From Myxococcota bacterium (lineage in GTDB: Bacteria; Myxococcota_A; UBA9160; UBA4427), in assembly GCA_965250285.1 (NCBI GenBank), contig OZ252299.1, positions 2,432,001-2,496,000 on the forward strand: 64,000 nucleotides of DNA. The letters are read 5' to 3'. Position 1 is the stretch's first letter, and each line of letters opens with the position of its first letter. The notes below the pieces were generated by a model, which ran no database searches, was not told the DNA's origin, and worked only from the letters and a program-made list of their open reading frames with translations. Of the stretch, positions 1 to 8,265 are shown piece after piece. The position numbers and the translations under genes were made by a program.

Positions 1-2
1 CG

Positions 3-239
3 ATCTTCAGGGATCTCGAAGGCGCGCTCAGCCACGAACCCGACGTGACCCACCGCGCCGGCGCATCGCGGGCCAAGAAGCGCGCGCTCGAGCGGCTGGT
101 GCTCGCCGACCTTCTCAAGGATCGCGAGACGCTGCTCGCACGGCTGCGCCGCGGCGGCGTCCACACGCTCGACCTCTACCCCACCGAGATCACGGCGCCG
201 GTGCTCAACCGTTTTCTCGAGCTGCGCCAGGCAGGATAG
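3..239 (+). CDS. C-terminal fragment of a probable DUF58 family protein (5' end outside window)
   Basis: Open frame from the window edge ending ...LLKDRETLLARLRRGGVHTLDLYPTEITAPVLNRFLELRQAG*. This resembles DUF58 C-termini and sits next to SpoIIM/RDD genes, as in MoxR-associated loci. Confidence 0.65.
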   Translation: MFRDLEGALSHEPDVTHRAGASRAKKRALERLVLADLLKDRETLLARLRRGGVHTLDLYPTEITAPVLNRFLELRQAG

Positions 240-1251
240 TCTGATAGATCCAGGCCGTATCGGGACTGTCCCGCCGTGCGCGCGAATGCAGCCAGAGCAT
301 CCCGATCGCCAACAGCCCCAACATCGAAGCCGCAACGACGAATCGGGGGGCGATGCCCAGCGTCGATTCGCGCACGAACGACTCGATCCCGGCCGCGATC
401 AGGAAGAAGGGAATGGACAGGATCACCAGCGTCGTCGCCGATTCGACGGCGTCCCGAATGGCGAGCTTGCGCCCCGCCCGGCCGGGCGCCACCACCGCGA
501 GTCCCAGCAGCAGCCCCCCCGCGGTGCAGAGCACGATGGCCGTGAACTCCGGGATCCCGTGCGGAAGGATCCATGCGAGGAACGGAATCGAGGTGCCACC
601 GCGCATGAAGACCCAGCCGATCGTGCCGACGATGATCCCGTTGTAGAGAATCAGAACCACCGTGGGGACACCCGCCAAGAAGCCGAGCGCGAACGAGGTG
701 AGCCCCACCTGGGTGTTGTGCGTGAACAAATGCGAGCCGAAGAGCGTGTTCTGATGGGCAGGGACCTCGCCGGGCTCGAGAAACTCGAGCCTGACCTCGG
801 GATCCCGAATCAGATCATCCAGGAAGAGCCCGCTATAGCCCATCTGAGCCGGCATCAGAGTGTGAACCGACGCCACGTCCCGCGCTGACAGCCCGGCCCC
901 CACGGCCACGCCGACACCGAGCAGACACCACGAAATCACGATGGCGCGAAAGCTGCGCCCGAGTGCCGTGGCGACGCGACTGCCGAAGCCGTCCGTCTCA
1001 TGACGACCCGACCTCGCGTTCCCGTAGAGGAACGTGTAGGCGCGCGCACAGAGCGCGTTCAGGTGCCGGATCGCGTCGGGATCGGAATCGCGATGCCGAG
1101 CGCGGGCGAGCAGGGTCGTATACTGGCGGTACAGCCGACCCAGCTCGCGGAGATCTTCGAAGGAGAGCTTGGTCGCGCCCCGCTTCTCGGAGGCGGCGAG
1201 GAGGGACTCGAACCGGTCGAGATCGACATATGCGCTGTCGATGAGCTTCAA
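205..1251 (-). CDS. Stage II sporulation protein M (SpoIIM/DUF95) family membrane protein
   Basis: LFTHNTQVG, WILPHGIPEFTAI and IAAGIESFV motifs with multiple TM segments. TTG start at 1251 is inferred; the track's longer N-terminus looks non-coding. Confidence 0.85.
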   Translation of the reverse strand: MKLIDSAYVDLDRFESLLAASEKRGATKLSFEDLRELGRLYRQYTTLLARARHRDSDPDAIRHLNALCARAYTFLYGNARSGRHETDGFGSRVATALGRSFRAIVISWCLLGVGVAVGAGLSARDVASVHTLMPAQMGYSGLFLDDLIRDPEVRLEFLEPGEVPAHQNTLFGSHLFTHNTQVGLTSFALGFLAGVPTVVLILYNGIIVGTIGWVFMRGGTSIPFLAWILPHGIPEFTAIVLCTAGGLLLGLAVVAPGRAGRKLAIRDAVESATTLVILSIPFFLIAAGIESFVRESTLGIAPRFVVAASMLGLLAIGMLWLHSRARRDSPDTAWIYQTILPGAARENG

Positions 1252-1382
1252 GTGTCCCCCGGATTCGCCGCGTTGACTTGCTCTCGGGTTGCCCCACTGT
1301 AGCGGTACCAGATGCGCTGTGCGGCTTCGCCGGCCCAGCGGGCTCGACTGAAGCTCCAGCTCGTTCGACCGATGAGGAACAG

Positions 1383-2276
1383 ATGACGACAAGCGACGGG
1401 ACCGATGGACTGGCCGCCGACTCCGCTGGCATCGGCCGCGCCCAGCGCGTGCTCTCACCCGAGCAGGTCGGACTCGACTTGCCGCTCGCAGGCCCCGGGC
1501 CCCGCATCCTTGCGTACGGGATCGACTACCTCCTGATTCTGGCGCTGCAGTTGATCCTCTTCTTTCTCGTCCTCCTCGTCCTGGTCGCGGAGAGTCAGAC
1601 GAACGAGGGCGGTCTGCTCAACGAGCTCTTCAGCCCGTGGCAAGAGGATTTCGAGGCCATCGGTGAGGAGCGGGCGAGCCCCGAGGTGCTCCAGTCGTTC
1701 GTGGCATTCGTCATCGGCGTGATGCTGCTCTTCCAGGTGCTCGCCGAGTGGGTCTACTTCATCTCTGCCGAGATGCTGAGCGGCGGCAGCAGCGTCGGAA
1801 AGCGGGTTCTGAAGCTCCGCGTCGTTCGAAGCGGCGGACTCCCCCTCACCTTTCGCACTTCGCTCACCCGCAACGTGCTGCGCATCGTCGACATCCTGCC
1901 CGGGCAGTACCTGGTGGGTCTCACGTCGATGGTGCTCTCCGACGAATCGCGGCGACTCGGCGACTATGCAGCCGACACCGTCGTCGTCCGGCTCGACCGC
2001 GCGACGGCCGCTCCGGAGATCGAACCGCTCAGCCCCGAGGAACACGGGCTGATCACGCTCGATCCGGCGATGCGAGCCCAGATCGGGCCGAGCGACCTGA
2101 AGCTCGCCCGCGCCACCTTGCGGCGGCAACGGGAGCTCGACGAGGATCTGGCAGAGCGGACGCTGCAGCGCGCCGTCGACGTGCTGCGCGGAAAGATCGG
2201 ATACGAAGCCGAGGTGCCCCCTTCGCAGCGCCGGTTGTTCCTGCGAACGGTGATCGACTGCGCGACCCGTCGCTGA
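1383..2276 (+). CDS. RDD family membrane protein
   Basis: SPEQVGLDLPLAGPGPRILAYGID, SVGKRVLKLRVV and RRLGDYAADTVVV motifs; ATG 1383 follows GAGGA. Confidence 0.88.
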   Translation: MTTSDGTDGLAADSAGIGRAQRVLSPEQVGLDLPLAGPGPRILAYGIDYLLILALQLILFFLVLLVLVAESQTNEGGLLNELFSPWQEDFEAIGEERASPEVLQSFVAFVIGVMLLFQVLAEWVYFISAEMLSGGSSVGKRVLKLRVVRSGGLPLTFRTSLTRNVLRIVDILPGQYLVGLTSMVLSDESRRLGDYAADTVVVRLDRATAAPEIEPLSPEEHGLITLDPAMRAQIGPSDLKLARATLRRQRELDEDLAERTLQRAVDVLRGKIGYEAEVPPSQRRLFLRTVIDCATRR

Positions 2277-2388
2277 AACGGGCGCGGTGTCCGAAGCACA
2301 CCGCATGGCGCGGGAAGAGACCCAAAATGAAACCGCGCCACGACGATGCGGCTCGTCGTGGCGCGGCTGGCAATCCGAAGTGATCGAC

Positions 2389-5300
2389 TTACGGATTGCC
2401 GATGAAGAACGGCACCTCGTTGCTCATCAGGCCACCCGGGCTCACCACCTGCACGACGTGCAGGCCCGCGCCGCTCGGCACCGAGTCGAGCGTCAGCGTG
2501 ACGCGGCCCGAGTCGCAGAACGGCGCGAAGCTGCCACCCACGCACTGGATGTCGCCACCGACCTGCTCGCCGTCGACGATGATCGTCGAGCCCGCGACGA
2601 CATCGACCGCGTTCATCTGCATCGGGTTGTCGGCCGGTAGCACCGGCAGCAGCGGCTGGGCCTCTTCGTCGAGATCGGGGTAGATCAGCGGCTGATCGAG
2701 GTCGTAGCTCTGGATGTTCTCGCGCAGCGCCGCTGTCGCGGTGGCGACGAGTGCGCCATTGGCTGCCTGCGCACGCAGCTGCGAGCTCGTGATCGACACT
2801 CCGTCGGTCTCGTAACGGCCGTTCTCGCGGTACGACAGCAGGAACGGCGTCGTCGAACCGCCCTGGGCGTACGTGCCTTCGACCCGCAGGTTCACGAGGC
2901 CCTTCGCGTCGGCGGCTTCGAGGGCGCTCAGCAGCGCGATGGTCTGCCCCGAGTTCACGCCGTTCGTCGTCCGCGGGTTCAACGCGACCTGGCGCGCCAG
3001 CGCCCCGCTGTAGCCCGTCGAAGCCTCCTCGGTCATCTCGAAGATGTCCATCGGGCCGACGTTGTACGCGGGCTGGAAGGCCGTGAACACCGCCGCCAGC
3101 GTCGTGCGCTCGTCATAGCCGACCTCGGGATCCCAGCGCGCGCCCTCGGGCGCCGTGAAGAGATCGAAACCGATGATGCCCTCGAGAATCGACCGAATGA
3201 GCGGCAGCCGCTCTTCGCCCGCGAACTCGAGCGTGCCCCGCGCGGCGGTGATGCCGAGCGAGAAGTGGACGTAGCGATCGGTGAGGCCGCGGAGCGTCGG
3301 CGCGTCGAACGCGCCGATGACCGGCGAGTTCGTCGACGCCATCAGCGGCAGCGAGTGGCAGCCGCCCTGCCCGCACGACTTCGCATCCCCGAGGCCGAAC
3401 GCATCCTGGGCAGCCGGACCGATCAGTGAGCCCTTGTCGACGAAGAAATCTTCGAAGCCCCGCTTGGCGGCGGGCGTGAGCGAGTCATCGACCTGCCGCG
3501 AGCGCGCCGGCGGGTAGGACACGCTGCCCAGGAAGAAGGCCATCAGCTGTCGCTCTTCTTCGCTGAGACGCCCGGGCTGCCCCGACGGGCCGACACCGCA
3601 GCCGCCTTCCACGTCACACATGACGCCCGACAGGCTGGCGTCGACCAGGTCGCGGAAGCAGTCGAGGTCGTAGTCTTCGTCGTCGAGATCGCAGCTCACG
3701 CCGCCGTCGCCGTTGACACCCACCTCGCCGTTCGGCCCACCGAAAGGATCACCGAGGATCCCGTCCCAGTGCAGCGGGATGGTGTTGCGCAGCCCCCGGA
3801 TCGGCATCGTGGTGCGCGGCTCCTCGAGCTCGGAGCACGCGCCGAGGACGATCGAGCCGAGCGGATCGGTCGCCAGTGACGTTTCGAAGAAGCACGCACC
3901 CCCGATGCGCCAGAGCAGCTGATCGGTGTTGCCATCGGGATGGCAGCTCGCGCAGGCGAAGTTGCCCGAGTCAGAAGCGAAGGCGTTGTTGAAGGCGATG
4001 CGCCCGCGGCGAACGTCGTCATCCGTCGGATCGTTCCCGACCCCGATCTTGTCGACCATCACGGGCGACTCGGGATCGCTCAGGTCGACGATCGCGACCG
4101 TGTTCTCGAGGGTGTTGAGGACATAGGCCTCGTCGGGCGCGCCCGAGCCGCTCGAACGCAGGGCCACACCGCGCGGAATCTGCTGGCCGAAGGCGGCCCC
4201 CGCGCCGAGATCGGTGACCCCCAGCACGCCGCCCGACTCGGCATTGACGGTAAAGAGGCGACTCGTACCCGCGGCGGTCACCGCGAGGGTCGAACCATCA
4301 CCGCTCAGCGCGACGCCGTACGGAGTCGCCAGAGCCTTCGAGGCCGGCGTGTCGACGAAATCGAGATCCTCGATGCGGTCGGTGCCACACTCGAAGACCT
4401 CGACGGTGCGACGCCACCAGAGCCGACCCGTGGTCTCGGTTCGCGTCTCGCAGTCGATGGTCGTGATGCGGTTGTCGAACATCCGATTCTCGAGATCGAC
4501 GAGTCGCTGGCCTTCCAGGCCATTCACCGCATTGAGCGCGTCGGTGTTGGTCACCCAGACCCGCCCCGTGTCGTCCGCAGCCATGCCGTAGAGCAGCGTG
4601 CCGACGCCTTCGACCACGGCGAGGAGCTCGTCGCTCTCGGCGTCGAATACGAACACGTCGCGATCGGGGAGCTCGGGATCGACGACGATGTTCTTCTCTC
4701 GACCGGGCAGATTCGGATTCGTCACGAAGTTCACCAGGTCGAGGATCGACAGGGTGCAGGCCTCGGGCGGAAGCTGACCGAAGCCACCCACGAACGGGAT
4801 GTTCGAGAGCGGGCACGCCGAGACGGCCGTCTGGTTGTTCGACTCGAACGAGGCGACGTAGAGCCGACCGCCCGCGACCGTGAGCGCCCGCGGATCCTGC
4901 GCCGTGATGTCGAGCAGCTTGGTCACGGTTCTGCTGGCGACGTCGACGACGGCCACCTGGTTGCGCGACGAGAGCGCCACGTAGGCCTTGTCGCTCGACG
5001 CGAAGGCGATACCCACCGGCTCGTCGAACGTGGTGACCAGGTCGGGCCGCATCGACTGCACGGTGTCGACCACCGTGAAGCGCCGCGGGCTGCCGGCGGC
5101 CACGTCGATGATGCTGACGCTGTCCGAGACATGGTTCGATACCCAGACTTCGAGGCCATCGGGACGAACGGCCACCGAGACCGGCTCGAGACCGACGGGC
5201 ACCGTGGCGACGACGCTCTTCGACGCCGTATCGATGACGTCCACGGTGCCGCTCGTCGTATTGGCCACGTAGAGCCAGGCCGAATCGGGCGACAGCGCGA

Positions 5301-5451
5301 TCGGCTCGGATTGGGGGCTGGTGAACGTCTGCTCACCCACCGGCTCGTGGGGCATCCCCAGAGCTGCCGGCGCGCAGAAGCACACCGTCGACATGAGAAA
5401 TGTTGCGATTAACCCACGAATCGTGGAATTGGTGGCGGGCGCGAGTGCCAT
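2389..5451 (-). CDS. Secreted YVTN/YncE-type beta-propeller protein fused to a c-type cytochrome (di-heme peroxidase-like) region
   Basis: Signal-peptide-like N-terminus, LYVANTTSGTVDVID and VWVSNHVSDSVSIID blades, CASCH heme motif (3940-3954), second CGQGGCH motif (3355-3375), and an FDAPTLRG segment. Confidence 0.8.
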   Translation of the reverse strand: MALAPATNSTIRGLIATFLMSTVCFCAPAALGMPHEPVGEQTFTSPQSEPIALSPDSAWLYVANTTSGTVDVIDTASKSVVATVPVGLEPVSVAVRPDGLEVWVSNHVSDSVSIIDVAAGSPRRFTVVDTVQSMRPDLVTTFDEPVGIAFASSDKAYVALSSRNQVAVVDVASRTVTKLLDITAQDPRALTVAGGRLYVASFESNNQTAVSACPLSNIPFVGGFGQLPPEACTLSILDLVNFVTNPNLPGREKNIVVDPELPDRDVFVFDAESDELLAVVEGVGTLLYGMAADDTGRVWVTNTDALNAVNGLEGQRLVDLENRMFDNRITTIDCETRTETTGRLWWRRTVEVFECGTDRIEDLDFVDTPASKALATPYGVALSGDGSTLAVTAAGTSRLFTVNAESGGVLGVTDLGAGAAFGQQIPRGVALRSSGSGAPDEAYVLNTLENTVAIVDLSDPESPVMVDKIGVGNDPTDDDVRRGRIAFNNAFASDSGNFACASCHPDGNTDQLLWRIGGACFFETSLATDPLGSIVLGACSELEEPRTTMPIRGLRNTIPLHWDGILGDPFGGPNGEVGVNGDGGVSCDLDDEDYDLDCFRDLVDASLSGVMCDVEGGCGVGPSGQPGRLSEEERQLMAFFLGSVSYPPARSRQVDDSLTPAAKRGFEDFFVDKGSLIGPAAQDAFGLGDAKSCGQGGCHSLPLMASTNSPVIGAFDAPTLRGLTDRYVHFSLGITAARGTLEFAGEERLPLIRSILEGIIGFDLFTAPEGARWDPEVGYDERTTLAAVFTAFQPAYNVGPMDIFEMTEEASTGYSGALARQVALNPRTTNGVNSGQTIALLSALEAADAKGLVNLRVEGTYAQGGSTTPFLLSYRENGRYETDGVSITSSQLRAQAANGALVATATAALRENIQSYDLDQPLIYPDLDEEAQPLLPVLPADNPMQMNAVDVVAGSTIIVDGEQVGGDIQCVGGSFAPFCDSGRVTLTLDSVPSGAGLHVVQVVSPGGLMSNEVPFFIGNP

Positions 5452-5476
5452 TCCGGATCTCCATAGTCAGACTGTA

Positions 5477-5492
5477 TCTAACGATCGGTATA
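5477..5492. promoter_or_regulatory. Putative TetR operator copy upstream of the beta-propeller/cytochrome gene
   Basis: TCTAACGATCGGTATA is 13/16 identical to the palindrome at 6654-6669. Confidence 0.55.
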
Positions 5493-5629
5493 GTCATATC
5501 GCGCACTGCGAGCGGAGATCAAGCCAAAATGTGCAGAAACGGACGGAACCCTCAGAATTCAGAGGCGATATCGGCGGGATCTGTGGCGGGGATCACCCAA
5601 GCTCCACTCAGGCCCCGGCCAGGCCCGAG

Positions 5630-6568
5630 TCAGGCGGTGATCGCTGCGTTCCAACGCTGCGCCGTCTGCGCGCGGACGGCGCCGACGCCGTCGAGCAGTC
5701 CGACGACCTCGCGCAGCCGCGCGCGGTGCCGCAACCGGCCCGGCTCGCTGCGCACCGCGCGCCGAAACTCTTCGCGTGAGACGTAGGGCGCCAGCTGCGA
5801 CGAGTAGATCAGCGGAAACAGTCTCGGCATCTTCGCCAACCCACGCAGGCCGAGGTCGGTCGCAAAATGCAGCATGCGCAGCTCTGATCGAGAGAGCTGC
5901 GGGATCGACTCCTCGAGCCAGCGCATCGCGAACGCGATGTGGCGCGCCTCTTCGACGACGTGCACCCGACCGAGCTGCTTGAGGATCGGGTGGATCCTTC
6001 CATCCTCGTCCTGAGAGAAGCTTTGAAACAGATCGTCTCCGATCGCCTCGAAGAGCAGCACGTAGACCCAGAAGATCTCGGGCCGTCGCATCGCGATGCG
6101 GGTCGCGGGGTAGGAGAGCCAGGGGATGAAACGGCCAAAGCGGGGCAGATCGCTGGCGCCGAAGGTTCGGATGTCGTTGTTCAGCAGCACCCATGCGTTG
6201 AACATGGCCATGTGCTGACACTCTTCGGCCACCTCGTGGAGCAGGTATCGCCACGACGGGTCGTACTGGTCGGTCCGCCACATCAGCGCCAGCGCCCCCT
6301 GGTTCAGCAGGTGCTCGCCGAACCCGGCGTTGCGCATCATCTGCGTGACCTCCCACCGCGTGACGAAGCTCTTCTCGGCATCGTCGAGTCGCCCCCACAC
6401 CGAGGTGCCCTCGAGAAACGAAAGGCCCCGGGGCATGTAGCGGTAGGCGTCGGTACACGGGACGTCCCAGTCGATCACGTCGCGGTCGAAGGGATAGAAG
6501 CGCTTGCGCGCGCTGGCCTTGTTCAGGCGGTCGGCAAAGGCGGCAGGAACGGGCGGATCGGTCAGCAT
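5630..6568 (-). CDS. AurF-like diiron oxygenase (p-aminobenzoate N-oxygenase family)
   Basis: Ferritin-like ligand motifs EVAEECQH and VEEARH, plus the N-terminal RLNKASARKRFYPFDRDVIDW segment typical of the family. ATG 6568 chosen as start. Confidence 0.85.
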   Translation of the reverse strand: MLTDPPVPAAFADRLNKASARKRFYPFDRDVIDWDVPCTDAYRYMPRGLSFLEGTSVWGRLDDAEKSFVTRWEVTQMMRNAGFGEHLLNQGALALMWRTDQYDPSWRYLLHEVAEECQHMAMFNAWVLLNNDIRTFGASDLPRFGRFIPWLSYPATRIAMRRPEIFWVYVLLFEAIGDDLFQSFSQDEDGRIHPILKQLGRVHVVEEARHIAFAMRWLEESIPQLSRSELRMLHFATDLGLRGLAKMPRLFPLIYSSQLAPYVSREEFRRAVRSEPGRLRHRARLREVVGLLDGVGAVRAQTAQRWNAAITA

Positions 6569-6653
6569 GAGTGCGGCTCCCCTCGGCGGGTGCAACGCCC
6601 CACCCTGCTCAGGCGGGAAGCGGGCCTCACCGATTCCTTGGACGCAGTCCGAA

Positions 6654-6669
6654 TATACCAATCGGTATA
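6654..6669. promoter_or_regulatory. Palindromic TetR-type operator in the AurF/TetR divergent region
   Basis: TATACC-AATC-GGTATA inverted repeat in an AT-rich intergenic stretch. Confidence 0.65.
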
Positions 6670-6774
6670 CTAATTTCAACAGCAAATTCAATATCCTGCG
6701 TGAATTGCCCGTGTCTGAACTGATCGTTCGGTCCATATTGGTGTGGGGATTTCGAGGAATAGGATCGAGTCGCA

Positions 6775-7464
6775 ATGAGTCAGGCCCAACCCAGACAGAG
6801 CCGCAGCGAACGGGCCGCCGCCACGCGCGAGCGGATCCTGAACTCGGCGATCCACCTGATGTCCGAGCGCGGCTACGCCGGATCGAGTGTCGGCGAGATC
6901 TGCGAACGCAGTGGGGTCACCCGCCCTGTGCTCTACTTCCACTTCGGAAGCAAGGAGGGGCTCCTCGGTGCCGTGATCGACCGGGTCGGCAACCAGTGGA
7001 TCGACGATCTCGAGACCCGGATCAGCGTCGGCGAGGAGAGCGACGACCCGCTGCTTCGCGCCGCGGCCCGGCTCCAACGCGCCACGGACGGCTACCGGGC
7101 GCTGATCGAAGAGCACCCCGAGCTGCTCCGTGTGTTACTGCTCGTCGCCCTCGAGTCGAGCGACACGAGTGAAGAAGTGCGCGAGGCGCTCAAGCGATTC
7201 GGACGACGCGCGCTCGACGCGGTGGCGCACGGGATTCAGGACGCCCTCGGTCGCGACCTGCCCGATCTCGACCTCGTCGCCCACACCGTGATCAGCCTGC
7301 TCGAGGGCGCGCTGATCCGCTACGCGGTCGACCCGGAAGGCACCGATCTCGATCGGCTCTGGGACGAGCTCAGGCGCACCACCGCCCACGCCGTCATCTA
7401 CCGGGTGCAGCTCGTCGACGCACAGAACGCGCTGGCGGCGCCATCCGACTCGAAGTCGAGCTGA
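6775..7464 (+). CDS. TetR/AcrR family transcriptional regulator
   Basis: N-terminal HTH RILNSAIHLMSERGYAGSSVGEICERSGVTRPVLYFHFGSKEGLL. Confidence 0.92.
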   Translation: MSQAQPRQSRSERAAATRERILNSAIHLMSERGYAGSSVGEICERSGVTRPVLYFHFGSKEGLLGAVIDRVGNQWIDDLETRISVGEESDDPLLRAAARLQRATDGYRALIEEHPELLRVLLLVALESSDTSEEVREALKRFGRRALDAVAHGIQDALGRDLPDLDLVAHTVISLLEGALIRYAVDPEGTDLDRLWDELRRTTAHAVIYRVQLVDAQNALAAPSDSKSS

Positions 7465-7512
7465 GCCCGCGGCGCGACGCGTCCGAGTGTCAGTGGGTGC
7501 GCCGAATGCGCC

Positions 7513-8172
7513 TCAAGCCGACTTCGATCGGCGTGCGTCGACCTCGGCCTGGGGAACCAGGGCGAACAGCTGCATGATCTTGCGCGCGGCCAGCCGAATC
7601 AGCGGCATCGGATCCTCGGGCGCATGGCGCAGGTCGTGCCCGACCTCCTCGAGTGCTCCGATCAGCCCCCGATACACGATCGGATCGACCGGGGGGCCGC
7701 CGCGCTCCTTTCGACTCGCCTCGAGAATGCGACCCGCCTGCGTCATCGCGTCTCGCCGCATCGCCTGGAGCACCGGGTCGAGCCTGGACTCGCGCGAGAG
7801 CGCCACGCCGAGATCGCCCGAGTCGCGGCGCCACAGGACGTAGATCCGAAGCCATTCGCCGACCGGATCGTCCGAGCCGCGGACGCGCTCCTCGAGGCGC
7901 TCGACCAGATCCCGCATATGCTGCTCGGTCAGCGCTTCGACGACGCCTCGCTTCGTGCCGAAGTGCCGGTGGAAGGTGCGTCTCGACACGCCTGAGGCGT
8001 CGAGCAGATCCTTGATTCGAAGCTCGTCGAGCGATCGGGTCGGAAGCTCACGTCGCGCGGCATCCAGGATGCGCTGTCGCAGGAGACTGCCCTGCCCCGT
8101 CACCCGCATGGGCTCGCGCGGCGATGGATCGCCCGCTCGCTGGCGACTTCTCTTCCGATTCGGCTCGGGCAC
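7513..8172 (-). CDS. TetR/AcrR family transcriptional regulator
   Basis: HTH RILDAARREL...LDASGVSRRTFHRHFGTKRGVV. Start uncertain (GTG 8172 or an internal ATG). Confidence 0.85.
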   Translation of the reverse strand: MPEPNRKRSRQRAGDPSPREPMRVTGQGSLLRQRILDAARRELPTRSLDELRIKDLLDASGVSRRTFHRHFGTKRGVVEALTEQHMRDLVERLEERVRGSDDPVGEWLRIYVLWRRDSGDLGVALSRESRLDPVLQAMRRDAMTQAGRILEASRKERGGPPVDPIVYRGLIGALEEVGHDLRHAPEDPMPLIRLAARKIMQLFALVPQAEVDARRSKSA

Positions 8173-8187
8173 ACCCCGCCCCCTCGA

Positions 8188-8224
8188 CTCTCAGCTCTCA
8201 GCTCTCAGCTCTCAGCTCTCAGCT
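8188..8224. repeat. Heptanucleotide tandem repeat (CTCTCAG)x5 + CT
   Basis: Five exact copies at 8188, 8195, 8202, 8209 and 8216, between the DUF3604 stop and the TetR start. Confidence 0.95.
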
Positions 8225-8265
8225 TCGACAACGAACTGCCAGACGCACCCGCACACAAGGTCATA

